Below the pieces are notes generated by a model that was not told where the DNA came from, did not search any database, and saw nothing but the letters and a program-made list of their open reading frames with translations. The translations under genes and the position numbers were made by a program. A DNA stretch of 64,000 bases from a bacterium (GTDB taxonomy: Bacteria > Patescibacteriota > Microgenomatia > Curtissbacterales > GWA2-41-24): the NCBI GenBank assembly GCA_021813945.1, contig JAKAJD010000001.1:496412-560411 (forward strand). Reading direction: 5' to 3'. Shown piece by piece: positions 46,325-56,836 of the stretch (position 1 is the stretch's first letter; the number at the start of each line of letters is the position of its first letter).

Positions 46325-46669
46325 TTACTTGCCAAGTTGATTATCGGCTGCAGGCGCAGGAGGAGCAACTTCGGGTGCGGAAGGCTGGCTTGCAGGTTGC
46401 TGGGAACTGGCGTTCTCTGATGGAAACCTATTGGCTATACCCTTATATAAATCCAGCCCAGCTTTATCCGCTTTCCTTACCGCCTTAGCACTATCGTCAA
46501 TTGCCTGATGTGGATGGCGATAATATTCAACCCCTTGCTTGCCAACCGCGGCTACTCCTGCAACAAGAAGGCCTGTTCTGACTAGCTTCGTTGCAGAACC
46601 AACGACGCCCCTTACTTTTCCTAATTTGGAACTAGTTTGACCAATTGCAGCTTCTGAATCGACTGCCAT
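46325..46669 (-). CDS. hypothetical small protein with one TM and an Ala/Pro-rich tail
   Basis: 114-aa ORF; no family recognised. Confidence 0.35.
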   Translation of the reverse strand: MAVDSEAAIGQTSSKLGKVRGVVGSATKLVRTGLLVAGVAAVGKQGVEYYRHPHQAIDDSAKAVRKADKAGLDLYKGIANRFPSENASSQQPASQPSAPEVAPPAPAADNQLGK

Positions 46670-46739
46670 AGTATTATTTTAACTCTCCCTATTATTTATT
46701 GCCAGTCTCGACTGTAAATATGTATAATCGGCAAACAAA

Positions 46740-47822
46740 ATGGGACACAATATTAATATAGTAAATACTCTAAAAGGCAAAAATTTAGATGCGGCGATTA
46801 TTACAAATCCGATAAATATTTTTTATCTATCGGGTTTTCGTGGCGTTTCTCCGACAGAGCGCGAGGCAATCATGATCGTTTTTAAATCCAAACCATCACT
46901 TCTTATAACCGCCAAACTTTATCAGGCAGAAGCCCAAAAGCTTAAATCGAAAAATCTTAAGATCCAAATAACAGCCGAAAGGGCCGAAGTTCAAAAAACC
47001 ATCGAATCGGCGCTTTCAAATCTTAAAGGAATTGCTTTTGAGGGGGAAAATCTCACTTTTTCGGAATATAAAAAATATCAGAAACTTCTTAAAAGAAAAC
47101 TTGTCCCTGTAAGGGATTTAGTTGAAAATCTCCGACAAATTAAAAATGAAGATGAAATTGCAAATATCAAAAAAGCTCAGGCCTTGACTCAATCGGTCTT
47201 TGATGAAGTGTTAAAAACCATAAAAGTCGGCCAACCCGAAGCAGAAATTAAAGATAACCTGGAAAAAATCGCCAAGATCAAGTCACGAGAACCGCTTGCT
47301 TTTGATCCAATCATTGCTTCCGGACCAAATTCATCTTTGCCTCATTACGTAACTGGAAACCGCAAAATCAAAAAGGGTGATGCATTACTTTTTGATTTTG
47401 GCCTAAAGTACAAAAATTACTGCGCCGATTTTTCCCGAACTATTTTTGTCGGCCGCGCTACTGAAGAACAAAAAAACATTTACACTCTTGTTGCTCTAGC
47501 CCAAAAGGAAGCGCTTAAAAAGCTAAAGACAAATATCAAAGCCAAAGATGTTTACCTGGAAGCTTTTAACCTTTTCAAAAAGAATTCGCTGGAGGACAAA
47601 TTTATCCACAGCCTAGGTCACGGCATCGGCTTAGAAGTTCACGAAAAACCTTCTCTATATGTAAAAAGCAAGGATATCCTCGTTCCCGGCATGGTTTTCT
47701 CCGTTGAGCCGGGCCTTTACATGAGCTGGGGCGGAGTCAGAATTGAAGATTTAGCAACCATAAAAAACAACCAGGCAGAAATTTTTGGGAAAAACGCGAA
47801 GTTTATTGAGCTAAACCATTAG
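46740..47822 (+). CDS. pepP: M24-family Xaa-Pro aminopeptidase/dipeptidase
   Basis: Creatinase N-domain plus pita-bread fold with metal ligands: DFG...D, HSLGHGIGLEVHE, FSVEPGLY. Confidence 0.8.
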   Translation: MGHNINIVNTLKGKNLDAAIITNPINIFYLSGFRGVSPTEREAIMIVFKSKPSLLITAKLYQAEAQKLKSKNLKIQITAERAEVQKTIESALSNLKGIAFEGENLTFSEYKKYQKLLKRKLVPVRDLVENLRQIKNEDEIANIKKAQALTQSVFDEVLKTIKVGQPEAEIKDNLEKIAKIKSREPLAFDPIIASGPNSSLPHYVTGNRKIKKGDALLFDFGLKYKNYCADFSRTIFVGRATEEQKNIYTLVALAQKEALKKLKTNIKAKDVYLEAFNLFKKNSLEDKFIHSLGHGIGLEVHEKPSLYVKSKDILVPGMVFSVEPGLYMSWGGVRIEDLATIKNNQAEIFGKNAKFIELNH

Positions 47823-48521
47823 CTCTTTTAGCTTCTTAGCTTCCCTTTCAAAATCCTTGTCACTATCTTTCCTCGGCCTTGGCATAGAAACTTCCATAAT
47901 GCCCCGAATAGACCCATCCACAACTACACCAATCCGATCAGCCAAAAGCACCGCTTCCTCCAAAATATGAGAAACCATAATAATTGTAATTTTTGTTTGC
48001 TTCCAAATTGCTAAAAGATCCTTGTGAAGTTCGTCGGTAGTAATCGAATCTAGTGCAGAAAAAGGTTCGTCCAAAAGTAACGCCTGGGGTTCAACTGCAA
48101 GCGCTCTTGCAATCCCCACCCTCTGGCGTTGTCCGCCCGAAAGCTCTCTTGGATACTTCTCGCTGAAATGCTGCAAGTTGACCATTTCTAAATATTTATT
48201 GCAAAGGTCATGGATTTTCTGTGCCCCATCCCCGCGCATCTTAAGGCCAAAGGCAACATTTTCCTCAACTGTAAGCCAGGGCATCAAGGCCCCGGATTGA
48301 AAATCCATACTGATCCCCATTGGTCTTTGAACTTGACCAGAAGTTGGTTTTTCCAAACCGACAATAAGCTTAAGGACAGTCGACTTGCCACAACCGGAAG
48401 GTCCCACCAAGCAAAAGAATTCCTGGTTTTTAACTTCAAGCGTAAAATCCCGAACAGCCCACTTTTCAGGCGTTGTAGGATAAGATTTATAAACTTTATT
48501 AAGGCGTATTCCGTCAGTCAA
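47811..48521 (-). CDS. ABC transporter ATP-binding protein (NitT/TauT-like)
   Basis: Walker A GPSGCGKST, signature LSGGQRQRVGIARAL, Walker B LLLDEPFSALD. Confidence 0.88.
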   Translation of the reverse strand: MTDGIRLNKVYKSYPTTPEKWAVRDFTLEVKNQEFFCLVGPSGCGKSTVLKLIVGLEKPTSGQVQRPMGISMDFQSGALMPWLTVEENVAFGLKMRGDGAQKIHDLCNKYLEMVNLQHFSEKYPRELSGGQRQRVGIARALAVEPQALLLDEPFSALDSITTDELHKDLLAIWKQTKITIIMVSHILEEAVLLADRIGVVVDGSIRGIMEVSMPRPRKDSDKDFEREAKKLKELMV

Positions 48522-49332
48522 ATTTGTACCTCTCCGCCAAATGCAATAATTTTTGCCAAATGAAAAAATTCATAAGGCCAATAAGAATTACCATCGCGAC
48601 CAAGGCTGAAATGAACGGCAAATTCTTTCCCTGATAGCTGGCGTTAACCAAAAGGCTGCCCAGACCGTACAAATCTTGGGATTGAGTCCCGCCGGGAATG
48701 TAGTTATGCAAAACCTCGGCAACAATCAAAATATTCCAACCTTGCCCCCACGCCAAAAGCGAACCCATGATAAGGTACGGGAAAACTGCAGGCAACGTCA
48801 CAGTCGTTAATTTTCTTATACCTTTTGAACCAAAAACGAAGGCTGCCGCTTCGATATCCTGGGGAATTGTTTTAAGGCCCCCTACCATACTAAAAACTAT
48901 GTTCCAAAGCATTGCCATAAAAAGAACAAAAATTGCCGCTCCTTCAAAAAAATTGACTTTAACAAAAAGAAGGACTATTACCGGAAAAAAGGCCAAAACA
49001 GGAACCGATTGGACGATATCAAAAGTTGGCAATAAAATTTTTTCAAGCCTTGGGCTTTTTGTGATAAAAAGAGCCAAAGGAATTGCCAAAATTAAAGCAA
49101 AAATATATGCCGCAGCCAATCGAAAAAATGTTGCAAAACAAGCTAAAGTAAGTCCCGTTAGAGAAAGGTCTTCTAGTTTAAGAAGTGCCCTTGAAGGCTC
49201 AATAAAATAAAAGGCTAAAAGCAAAAGAATAATTATAAAAACAGCCCAAATTCCGATCAAAAGAAAATGCTTTCTCAGTGAAGTCTCATAGCTATAACGG
49301 AAACTATGGTGGTAATGCCTAACGGTTGACAT
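48514..49332 (-). CDS. ABC transporter permease (binding-protein-dependent transport, TM component)
   Basis: Six TM segments and the EAA-like loop region; overlaps the ATPase gene, as in an operon. Confidence 0.75.
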   Translation of the reverse strand: MSTVRHYHHSFRYSYETSLRKHFLLIGIWAVFIIILLLLAFYFIEPSRALLKLEDLSLTGLTLACFATFFRLAAAYIFALILAIPLALFITKSPRLEKILLPTFDIVQSVPVLAFFPVIVLLFVKVNFFEGAAIFVLFMAMLWNIVFSMVGGLKTIPQDIEAAAFVFGSKGIRKLTTVTLPAVFPYLIMGSLLAWGQGWNILIVAEVLHNYIPGGTQSQDLYGLGSLLVNASYQGKNLPFISALVAMVILIGLMNFFIWQKLLHLAERYKFD

Positions 49333-49404
49333 CTAAAAACATTATTCCACACGTTTCTTAAAAAAATCCATTAGATTTCGCGCCATATAGTGTAAAATTG
49401 TCCT

Positions 49405-49809
49405 ATGGGCAAAAAGTACAAATTCATTTATGCCGCCATAATAATCATTTTGCTTCTCGCCTTAGGTTTTGTCGTTTTCAAAAAAGAAGTACAAGCACCT
49501 ACACGTCAAAATAATCCAGCCCCAAGCTACGCCCCAAAGGAAGCCTCCTCGTCCCCAAATATCAAAGCTCAAGACGAAATTCTTAAAAATGCCCTCAATC
49601 TCTATTTGGAAAAGAAACGGGAAAATGTTGATATGTCAAACGGGCCATGCCTTGGAAAAATTGCTGATGATTGGGTTTTGGATATCGCCCATAATCCAAG
49701 GCAATTAGTCGACAACAAACCCGAAAACCAATGCAGTGAGATCAAAAATGCTACAGCTCATCATTTTGTAGAACTTGATCCGGATGGCAAATTAATCAGG
49801 ATCTACTAA
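49405..49809 (+). CDS. hypothetical secreted/membrane-anchored small protein
   Basis: N-terminal hydrophobic anchor; no family recognised. Confidence 0.4.
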   Translation: MGKKYKFIYAAIIIILLLALGFVVFKKEVQAPTRQNNPAPSYAPKEASSSPNIKAQDEILKNALNLYLEKKRENVDMSNGPCLGKIADDWVLDIAHNPRQLVDNKPENQCSEIKNATAHHFVELDPDGKLIRIY

Positions 49810-49846
49810 AGTTGTTTTTTTCAAAAGAAACTGCCATTATTAGGAT

Positions 49847-50422
49847 ATGAAGCTAAAATCGAGGCCCGGTTTCTTCATACCTTTCCCGGTCATTGCAATA
49901 ATTCTCATACTAGTTGGCGGATTCTTCCTAATTAAGCTAATCTCCAACTATATTCCTACAATAAACGCTCAAATTTCCAATAAATACCTGCTTCCAGGGG
50001 AAACGACTTCAACCTCCATTAACGACACCGGCAAGTGGCTAACACATACTAACGACAAATACAACTACACTATAAAATACCCCCAAATTTTAAGTGGCAA
50101 GTATAACTACGACACAAAAGATAGCCTTATTCTTTCCAGGGAAAGGTTCATATCCAACAAAATTGATATCACTGTAACAGTTTATAGCAAATTTGACACA
50201 GCTGACTTGAAAGATCAAACCAGGGTAGGCAATAACGGTTTTCTGTACTATCGAAATGACTTAGACGCCAAAAGCGTAGTTGTCGAGCACAATAATCTCT
50301 TTTACGCCATAGAATTTACTCAGGTAAATTACTTTACCGAAACACCCTATTTTTCCAGCTCAAACCAATTTAGGGAAATCTTCGACCTGATCCTCAAGAA
50401 CTTCCAATTCAACGACCAATAG
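49847..50422 (+). CDS. hypothetical membrane-anchored protein
   Basis: N-terminal TM, beta-rich remainder; no family recognised. Confidence 0.4.
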   Translation: MKLKSRPGFFIPFPVIAIILILVGGFFLIKLISNYIPTINAQISNKYLLPGETTSTSINDTGKWLTHTNDKYNYTIKYPQILSGKYNYDTKDSLILSRERFISNKIDITVTVYSKFDTADLKDQTRVGNNGFLYYRNDLDAKSVVVEHNNLFYAIEFTQVNYFTETPYFSSSNQFREIFDLILKNFQFNDQ

Positions 50423-50548
50423 ATCTTCGATCAGAAAGCTTGGAATCTGCTCTCGCAATTTACGCGATCATCCGTAACGATTAAAGCACTAGAGACCTTC
50501 ACGCTAGAAAGCGCAAGCTAAACATTTCACAAAATGCTAGGAATAAAT

Positions 50549-50812
50549 CTAGTTCTCTCGCGGAGCTTGGGGCCTTGCTTCCGAAACAAAGATCTTCCTG
50601 CCATCTACTTCTGTACCGTTCAAATCGGCAATTGCTTTTTTAGCTTCATCGTCTGATGCCATTTCCACAAATCCGAATCCTCGAGATCTACCTGTCATTT
50701 TGTCCATCACGATGTTGCTATCAACAACTTTACCGACTTTTTCAAAAACAGCCCTAAGGCTGTCTCCAGTCATAGAATAAGGCAAGTTACCTACAAATAA
50801 TTTCGCTGCCAT
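50549..50812 (-). CDS. RRM-type RNA-binding protein
   Basis: RNP-2 KLFVGNL and RNP-1 RGFGFVEM motifs. Confidence 0.85.
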   Translation of the reverse strand: MAAKLFVGNLPYSMTGDSLRAVFEKVGKVVDSNIVMDKMTGRSRGFGFVEMASDDEAKKAIADLNGTEVDGRKIFVSEARPQAPREN

Positions 50813-51013
50813 TTAAAAAACTGTTTGTGCATTAAAGATGCACAAACGTAAGACTCAATTCACCTCCTTTACAAATAAATTCATTTCACTAATTTTCGGG
50901 AAAAGACATTAATAATATTATTTAAGAAGACCTTGCGGCAAAAACCTAACTTTCTCTAAGCAAATTGTAAATTAACTGTTAAGCGCTTGTCAATTGCAAA
51001 CACGTCTAAAGCT

Positions 51014-51062
51014 AAGGCCGGTCCTTAGCTCAAGCTAATTCTCGGAAAAAAGGTCTGGCCTT
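51014..51062. repeat. palindromic repeat pair
   Basis: aaggccggtcctt (51014-26) and aaggtctggcctt (51050-62). Confidence 0.7.
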
Positions 51063-51143
51063 TATACCGCCTAGCTAATCTCTAATGTCCGATTAACTAC
51101 TGTTTTTGCCTCTTGCAAAAACAGGGCCTTTTTTGTAAATTCT

Positions 51144-51506
51144 ATGCGAGGTTACGTGCAAAATGTAAAAAAATCTAAACTGATACTAAGTTCCCGTCCT
51201 AACCTACTTACAATAAGGCCAAGCACTTCGTATACAAAAATCCTCAAAAAAATTTACAAGAATAAAGAGCTCGACTTCATTCACCTCGAAAAGGCCAATG
51301 CCACTCAAATGGCCGCTGTTATAACAGCAAGACTTATGGGCAAAAAATTTTATTGGATGCAGGAATTTACTAACCCGCCGCAAGCAAGTATCGTGACCCG
51401 TTTCTTGCTAACCCAAGCCGACAAAATCTTCGTTCACGACAGGGAAGATGCCGTGAAGCTAAAAAAATACGGGGTCAAGCCCGGCCGAGTGCACTACGTT
51501 AAATAA
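51144..51506 (+). CDS. hypothetical protein
   Basis: 120-aa ORF, basic; no family recognised. Confidence 0.35.
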   Translation: MRGYVQNVKKSKLILSSRPNLLTIRPSTSYTKILKKIYKNKELDFIHLEKANATQMAAVITARLMGKKFYWMQEFTNPPQASIVTRFLLTQADKIFVHDREDAVKLKKYGVKPGRVHYVK

Positions 51507-51536
51507 AAAGTTCTTCAATTTGAAGAGCTTCCATAA

Positions 51537-51569
51537 CTTTTGACTTTTGAGCTTTGACTTTTGACTTTA
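51537..51569. repeat. (TTTTGAC)n heptamer tandem repeat between convergent genes
   Basis: ttgacttttgagctttgacttttgactttatt. A near-identical tract is at 63004-63036. Confidence 0.7.
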
Positions 51570-51956
51570 TTCCAACACCACCCAGGGCCTTAAATCCCGC
51601 TTAGGAATTTCCGGTGCAATAATAAATTTGGTAACCGATTTTATAAACATCAAAGTAATGTAATTTACCTTTTCTCTCGAGAGCCAAAACGATTTAGGTA
51701 GATCAAGCTGGCTTTCATATTTCTTCTTGACCTCCTCAAGCTCTTCATGTCTTGGGTGGTCAAAGTAAAAAACCCTATCAACTATAAACTGTCCTACAAT
51801 CTCCTCACCTGAAACTTTTATATATACAATGTCCCCTGCTGAAACAGAAAGAAACGGTACAATTCTAATTTTTGAAAAACGGCCCTCAATCTTTTTCTTT
51901 CCGGAAAAAATTGCCTCCGCTGCTTCACTATCAAACACCGCCAAATGCTTTGTCAT
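51567..51956 (-). CDS. hypothetical protein (possible ASCH/PUA-like fold)
   Basis: 129 aa; weak resemblance only. Confidence 0.3.
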   Translation of the reverse strand: MTKHLAVFDSEAAEAIFSGKKKIEGRFSKIRIVPFLSVSAGDIVYIKVSGEEIVGQFIVDRVFYFDHPRHEELEEVKKKYESQLDLPKSFWLSREKVNYITLMFIKSVTKFIIAPEIPKRDLRPWVVLE

Positions 51957-51999
51957 GTTCGGATTATATCTGATAGTGGTAAATTTAAAAACCAGCCGG

Positions 52000-52884
52000 C
52001 TATAAATCTAACCCCTTGAGGTAATCACGCAGCTCAGAATTGACATCCTCGTGCATTAATCCATGGTCAATTACGGTCTTTAGATACCCAATTTTAGACC
52101 CGCAGTCATAGTATTTGCCGTTTTTAATCTCAATTGCATGGACTTTTTTGCCATCCTTCATCATATTGTTGACTCCATCCACATAATAAAGTTCCTTACC
52201 TTTATCAATAGTGTCTGGAATTGCACGCTCTAGCGCATCAAAAATATCCGGCGTAAATAAAAATCCGGAAACCACAGCTAAATCCGAAGGCGCCTTACCG
52301 GGCCCTGGCTTCTCGATAAATTGACTAACATCAATTACGCCTTCATCAATCTTCTTTCCACCAACATAACCGTATTTTTTAGTATCTTCAGGATTTGTTG
52401 TCCTGATTCCGGAAAGAATTGACGTACCGTATTTTTCGTAAGCGTCTATCATCTGGCGAGTTCGAGACGGTTTTGCCGCCACAAAGTCGTCTCCCCAAAG
52501 CATTACAACCGGCTCGTCGCCGACAATTTCCCGCGCAACCAAAAGCGCGTGGCCATTCCCAAGCGCTTCTTTTTGCCTCACATATACAAAGTTGGCAAGC
52601 TCCGAAATCCTTTGTACTTCCTCAAGCATCTCCATCTTACCATCCTTTTCCAAGCGCGCTTCAAGTTCAAAATGTTTGTCGAAGTGGTCCTCAATCGCTC
52701 GTTTGTGCCAGCCGGTAACCAAAATAACCTGTTCAATCCCTGCTTCAATCGCCTCTTCAACCACATATTGGATAATCGGTTTATCGACAACAGGCAACAT
52801 TTCCTTGGGCATTGCCTTTGTTGCCGGCAAAAACCTTGTCCCAAAACCCGCCGCAGGAATAACTGCTTTTCTAACTTTCTTCAT
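52000..52884 (-). CDS. galU: UTP--glucose-1-phosphate uridylyltransferase
   Basis: KAVIPAAGFGTRFLPATKAMPKEMLPVVDKPIIQYVVEEA is the canonical GalU N-terminus. Confidence 0.9.
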   Translation of the reverse strand: MKKVRKAVIPAAGFGTRFLPATKAMPKEMLPVVDKPIIQYVVEEAIEAGIEQVILVTGWHKRAIEDHFDKHFELEARLEKDGKMEMLEEVQRISELANFVYVRQKEALGNGHALLVAREIVGDEPVVMLWGDDFVAAKPSRTRQMIDAYEKYGTSILSGIRTTNPEDTKKYGYVGGKKIDEGVIDVSQFIEKPGPGKAPSDLAVVSGFLFTPDIFDALERAIPDTIDKGKELYYVDGVNNMMKDGKKVHAIEIKNGKYYDCGSKIGYLKTVIDHGLMHEDVNSELRDYLKGLDL

Positions 52885-53020
52885 ATTAGGTAAGTGTAAT
52901 TATCTCTCTATCAGTTAACCAAAATCAACAACATTTATTTCCAATTCTTAATTCTTGCTTCTTGATTAAAAATTCTGTTATCATACTCGCTAACCTTGAC
53001 AATTGAAGGGAGATTTCTTA

Positions 53021-53215
53021 GTGGCATTTAATCCGTTAACATACGTCAAAGAATCGAAAGCTGAACTCGAAAAAGTTATCTGGCCTACCCGCCAGGAAAC
53101 TTTACGATTAACTGTAATAGTTCTTTTAGTTGCAGTTGTGGTTGGCGCTTATGTTGCTGGCCTTGACACAATTTTTACTAAAATAACCGAAAGCCTTCTT
53201 AAGGTACACAAGTAA
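53021..53215 (+). CDS. secE: preprotein translocase subunit SecE
   Basis: [40 protein letters not shown]. Start placed at GTG 53021, with GGGAG 10 nt upstream. Stop overlaps the nusG ATG by 1 nt. Confidence 0.8.
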   Translation: MAFNPLTYVKESKAELEKVIWPTRQETLRLTVIVLLVAVVVGAYVAGLDTIFTKITESLLKVHK

Positions 53216-54126
53216 TGGACGACCAGGACGACAAGAAAATACAAGAAGATATAGCTGAAGAGGTTCCACAGGTTGTGGAAGAAAACAGCGCGGAAGAAAC
53301 AATGCCAACGGAGGATCAGTCGGAACCGTTGGAGGATCAAGCAACTTTTGCCCAGCCAGAAGACCAAGAGCCTTCTGAAAATCAGCCTTCTGGGGAAGAT
53401 CAGCCACAGTCAGAAGAAGAATCGCAAGAACTAGCATCTGAGCCAGAATCACCAAACGACCGAAACGCCGAAGAACAAAAAACCGCAGAAGAGCCAGTTG
53501 CAGACGAAGCTTCCGAATCAGTGGATCAAGCTGAAGAAAACCCGGAGGAATCTGAAATCCCAACCCCTGAAGAAAAACCGGCGCCCCAAAAACCCAAAAC
53601 CCCTGGTGCCAATTGGTACGTAGTCCACACCTACTCGGGTCATGAGTCAAAAGTCGCCGCTACCCTAAAACAAAGGGTGGACTCGCAAAAACTTTCGGAC
53701 AAAATCTTAGACATACTTGTCCCTACACAAGAAAAGATCGAAATAAAAGAAGGTAAGAAAAACACAGTAAAAGAGAAAATCTTCCCCGGCTATCTTCTAG
53801 TTCATATGATTTTGGATGATGCCACCTGGCTTGCCGTCAGAACAACACCTGGAATAACTGGTTTTATTGGAACTTCCAACAAACCAACCCCTCTTCCAGA
53901 AGACGAGGTTGAAACCATCAAACGCTTCATGAGCATGGAAGCGCCGAAATTTAAAGCCGCATTTTCAGTTGGTGAGGCAGTCAAAATTACCGACGGCCCA
54001 TTTTCGGAATTTTTGGGGTCGATTTCTGAAATCGACGAAGAAAAAGGCAAACTCAAAGTTTTGGTTTCGATTTTTGGACGAGAAACACCAGTCGAATTGG
54101 ATTTCCTCCAAGTTGCTAAGCTTTAA
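53215..54126 (+). CDS. nusG: transcription termination/antitermination factor NusG with a ~130-aa acidic N-terminal extension
   Basis: NGN domain [14 protein letters not shown]...[10 protein letters not shown] and C-terminal KOW ([22 protein letters not shown]). Residues 1-130 are D/E/Q/P-rich low complexity. Confidence 0.9.
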   Translation: MDDQDDKKIQEDIAEEVPQVVEENSAEETMPTEDQSEPLEDQATFAQPEDQEPSENQPSGEDQPQSEEESQELASEPESPNDRNAEEQKTAEEPVADEASESVDQAEENPEESEIPTPEEKPAPQKPKTPGANWYVVHTYSGHESKVAATLKQRVDSQKLSDKILDILVPTQEKIEIKEGKKNTVKEKIFPGYLLVHMILDDATWLAVRTTPGITGFIGTSNKPTPLPEDEVETIKRFMSMEAPKFKAAFSVGEAVKITDGPFSEFLGSISEIDEEKGKLKVLVSIFGRETPVELDFLQVAKL

Positions 54127-54157
54127 TACCAGTCAGCTATCATGGAATTCGTTGCAT

Positions 54158-54203
54158 AAGGGCAGGCCTTTGTGCTGCATAATCAGGGTTAAGGCCTGCC
54201 CTT
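54158..54203. repeat. inverted palindromic repeat pair (terminator-like) 30 nt after the nusG stop
   Basis: aagggcaggcctt (54158-70) ... aaggcctgccctt (54191-203). Confidence 0.8.
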
Positions 54204-54269
54204 AACTGAGAAGGAGGCCTCAAGAACAAGGCGGTTTTTTAACTTTTTCGAATCGTCTAAAATACATAT

Positions 54270-55184
54270 ATGCCCTTACCTCTTTATCGAAAAATTCGAG
54301 TCCCATTAATTCTAATTTCGATCTTCGTGATCCTACTCTACATCTCCACAAAAAACACCAAAAGTTACATCAACCCTTATTTTTTTGGGGCAAAAAACAA
54401 TTTCAGTGCCCTATTTTCAGATAAACCCAACAAGCAAATTCAATCTTATCTCGAAAATCAAATTTCAAATTTTCCCGGAAGTTACGGCGTCTTTATAAAA
54501 GACCTTAAACATCAAACAATTTACTCTGTAAACGAAAACCAAACATTCCAAACTGCCAGCATCTACAAGCTTGCTGTACTCTACAAAACCTATGATGCCA
54601 TTTCCAAAGGAGAAATTAAAAAAGACGATGTTTTATCTGAAGACGAATACACCTTAGATCAAGTCCTGGCACCGGATGACGAAAACACTGCAAACGGAAT
54701 CGTAACTTACAAAGTTTCAGAAGCTCTAAATTCAATGATTACAGTTTCCGACAACTATGCCGCATTGCTTTTAGCACATAAATTAGGCTGGGATAATATA
54801 GACAGCTTCCTTCACCAGCAAAATATCTCCGGTTTTGATCTTTCCGCTCCCCAACAACCAGTTGCCAGTCCGAGGGCCGTTTCTCAAATACTGGAAAAAA
54901 TTCATAACGGTACTGCCGTTGACGCCCAAAGCTCTCAAGAAATGAGAGATTTACTTTTAGATCAGACCATAAACGACAAAATTCCCAAATATTTGCCTCC
55001 AAGAACCAAGATTGCCCACAAAACCGGCGAGCTGGACAATATCCGAAACGATGCAGCCATAATTTATGGCAGAAACAGCACATACATTTTTGTTATCCTT
55101 TCCGAAGCGCCTGTACCCGAAGAGGCAACAGAAAACATCGCAAATCTTTCTAAGAATATGTACGAAAAGCTCGAGGCAAACTAG
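54270..55184 (+). CDS. class A beta-lactamase-like serine hydrolase (secreted)
   Basis: N-terminal anchor; S-x-x-K (TASIYKLA), SDN-like (SDNYA) and KTG (HKTGELDN) motifs. Confidence 0.7.
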   Translation: MPLPLYRKIRVPLILISIFVILLYISTKNTKSYINPYFFGAKNNFSALFSDKPNKQIQSYLENQISNFPGSYGVFIKDLKHQTIYSVNENQTFQTASIYKLAVLYKTYDAISKGEIKKDDVLSEDEYTLDQVLAPDDENTANGIVTYKVSEALNSMITVSDNYAALLLAHKLGWDNIDSFLHQQNISGFDLSAPQQPVASPRAVSQILEKIHNGTAVDAQSSQEMRDLLLDQTINDKIPKYLPPRTKIAHKTGELDNIRNDAAIIYGRNSTYIFVILSEAPVPEEATENIANLSKNMYEKLEAN

Positions 55185-55282
55185 AACTTGTTATTGCTTG
55201 AAATAATCCCGCGATTTAGCGTATACTTCATATCTGTCGACACGTTAGTAGTTAAACTTAAAACGTTAGTCGTCTTTTTAAA

Positions 55283-55708
55283 ATGGCCAAAAAGATAAAA
55301 GCAATTGTTAAACTAAATGTCAAAGGCGGTCAGGCAACCGCTGCTCCACCTGTGGGTCCTGCTCTTTCCCAGCACGGCTTGCCGATTATGGATTTTGTCA
55401 AAAGTTTCAACGACAAAACCAAAGATCAGCAAGGTACCGTTCTGCCGGTTGTTGTCACAATTTATGAAGATCGCACATTTTCCTTTTTAGTTAAAAAACC
55501 GCCTGTTGCCATTCTTATCAAAAAAACCTTAAACCTGGAAAAAGCTGCTAAAACTCCCGGCAAACAAACTGTTGCCAAGCTTGGGAAAGCTCAAGCCAGA
55601 AAAATAGCGGAAGAAAAAATGGAAGATTTAAATACCAAAGATATCGAAGCCGCAATTAGAATAGTTGAAGGCACAGCCCGCAGCATGGGTGTGGAGGTAA
55701 CCGAGTAA
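55283..55708 (+). CDS. rplK: 50S ribosomal protein L11
   Basis: KIKAIVKLNVKGGQATAAPPVGPALSQHGLPIMDFVKSFN is canonical L11. Confidence 0.95.
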   Translation: MAKKIKAIVKLNVKGGQATAAPPVGPALSQHGLPIMDFVKSFNDKTKDQQGTVLPVVVTIYEDRTFSFLVKKPPVAILIKKTLNLEKAAKTPGKQTVAKLGKAQARKIAEEKMEDLNTKDIEAAIRIVEGTARSMGVEVTE

Positions 55709-55735
55709 AGGAGTCCCCATTTATGGGGTTAAGTC

Positions 55736-56668
55736 ATGGGAACAACTCGCATTAAAGTCATCGATCTTTCGTCAAGCCAGCAGGAAATTAAAACTTCCCG
55801 AAAGCATGCAGAAAAACTGGCAGGTGTTCCAAAGCTTGAAAAAGAAGAAAAAGAAAAGAGGCAAGAAAAACAAGCCGAGGAAGCGGTACCTCAAGATCAA
55901 ACAGCCGAAACAGAAACAACTCAGCCGGATAAAAATTTAGCATCAGAGTCAGAAACTAAAGCCGAAGAAGCTAAAAAAGCAGCACCGGCGTCATTAAAGA
56001 AAAAGGCTCCCGGACGACATCGCGGTTCAAATTATGAAAAAGCCAAGAAATTAGTTGAGGACAAGCTCTACAGCGCCCAAGACGCGCTGGAACTTTTGCC
56101 AAAAACCTCGTTTACTAAATTCGACCCGGCCGTAGAAATGCACCTTGGCGTTTCGGAAAAAAATATTAAAGGTTCTGTTAATTTTCCCCATTTGGAAGTC
56201 AAAACAAAAGATAAAAAATACCTCGTGTTTTCAGAGAAAAAACCCCAGGCAAACGCAAAAAACGTCACATTCGCTAACGAAAAAACAATAGACGATCTTG
56301 AAAGCGGCAAGATCAAACCGGGCCGCGATTTCGACACTGTCATAGCCAGCCCTAAATTTATGCCTGCTCTTGCTAAAGTCGCCAAAATTCTAGGTCCTCG
56401 GGGCATGATGCCAAACCCCAAAAACGGTACCGTGACAGAAAATTTTGAAAAAGTCCTAGAGGACACTAAAACCGCCAGTACTTTGTTTAAGACAGACCCA
56501 TCATCTCCGGTTGTCCATATAAAAATCGGCAAACTTTCACAAAAACAAGACGAACTTACTAAAAATATGAAAGCCCTGGTTCTTGCAATTGGCACTTCAA
56601 AAATCAAAAAGGCAACTATAACTACCACTATGGGGCCAGCCATAAAGCTTGATCCCGCTTCCCTTTAA
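55736..56668 (+). CDS. rplA: 50S ribosomal protein L1 with a ~90-aa K/E-rich N-terminal extension
   Basis: L1 core from YEKAKKLVEDKLYSAQDALELL through ILGPRGMMPNPKNGTVT. No in-frame ATG/GTG/TTG sits near the canonical L1 N-terminus, so the extension appears genuine or a non-canonical start is used. Confidence 0.85.
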   Translation: MGTTRIKVIDLSSSQQEIKTSRKHAEKLAGVPKLEKEEKEKRQEKQAEEAVPQDQTAETETTQPDKNLASESETKAEEAKKAAPASLKKKAPGRHRGSNYEKAKKLVEDKLYSAQDALELLPKTSFTKFDPAVEMHLGVSEKNIKGSVNFPHLEVKTKDKKYLVFSEKKPQANAKNVTFANEKTIDDLESGKIKPGRDFDTVIASPKFMPALAKVAKILGPRGMMPNPKNGTVTENFEKVLEDTKTASTLFKTDPSSPVVHIKIGKLSQKQDELTKNMKALVLAIGTSKIKKATITTTMGPAIKLDPASL

Positions 56669-56836
56669 ATTTCGGCAAAATCAACTCCTTGACAGGAACG
56701 TTTGCATCTGATAATTTTCCCCTGCTATTTCCCAAAACTGCCTTTTTATTCAAACTATCATGCCGGCAAAAACCCTAATTAATATTCAAAGTTGGATCAA
56801 GCTTCGCTTGACGTTAAAAAGGAGGTGATAAAAAGA

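Noticed and set aside
50822-50848. Perfect hairpin tgtttgtgcattaaagatgcacaaacg as a terminator
   Set aside because: It lies upstream of the start (not downstream of the stop) of the minus-strand RRM gene and lacks a T-run in either orientation. More likely a 5'-UTR structure, so it is not called.
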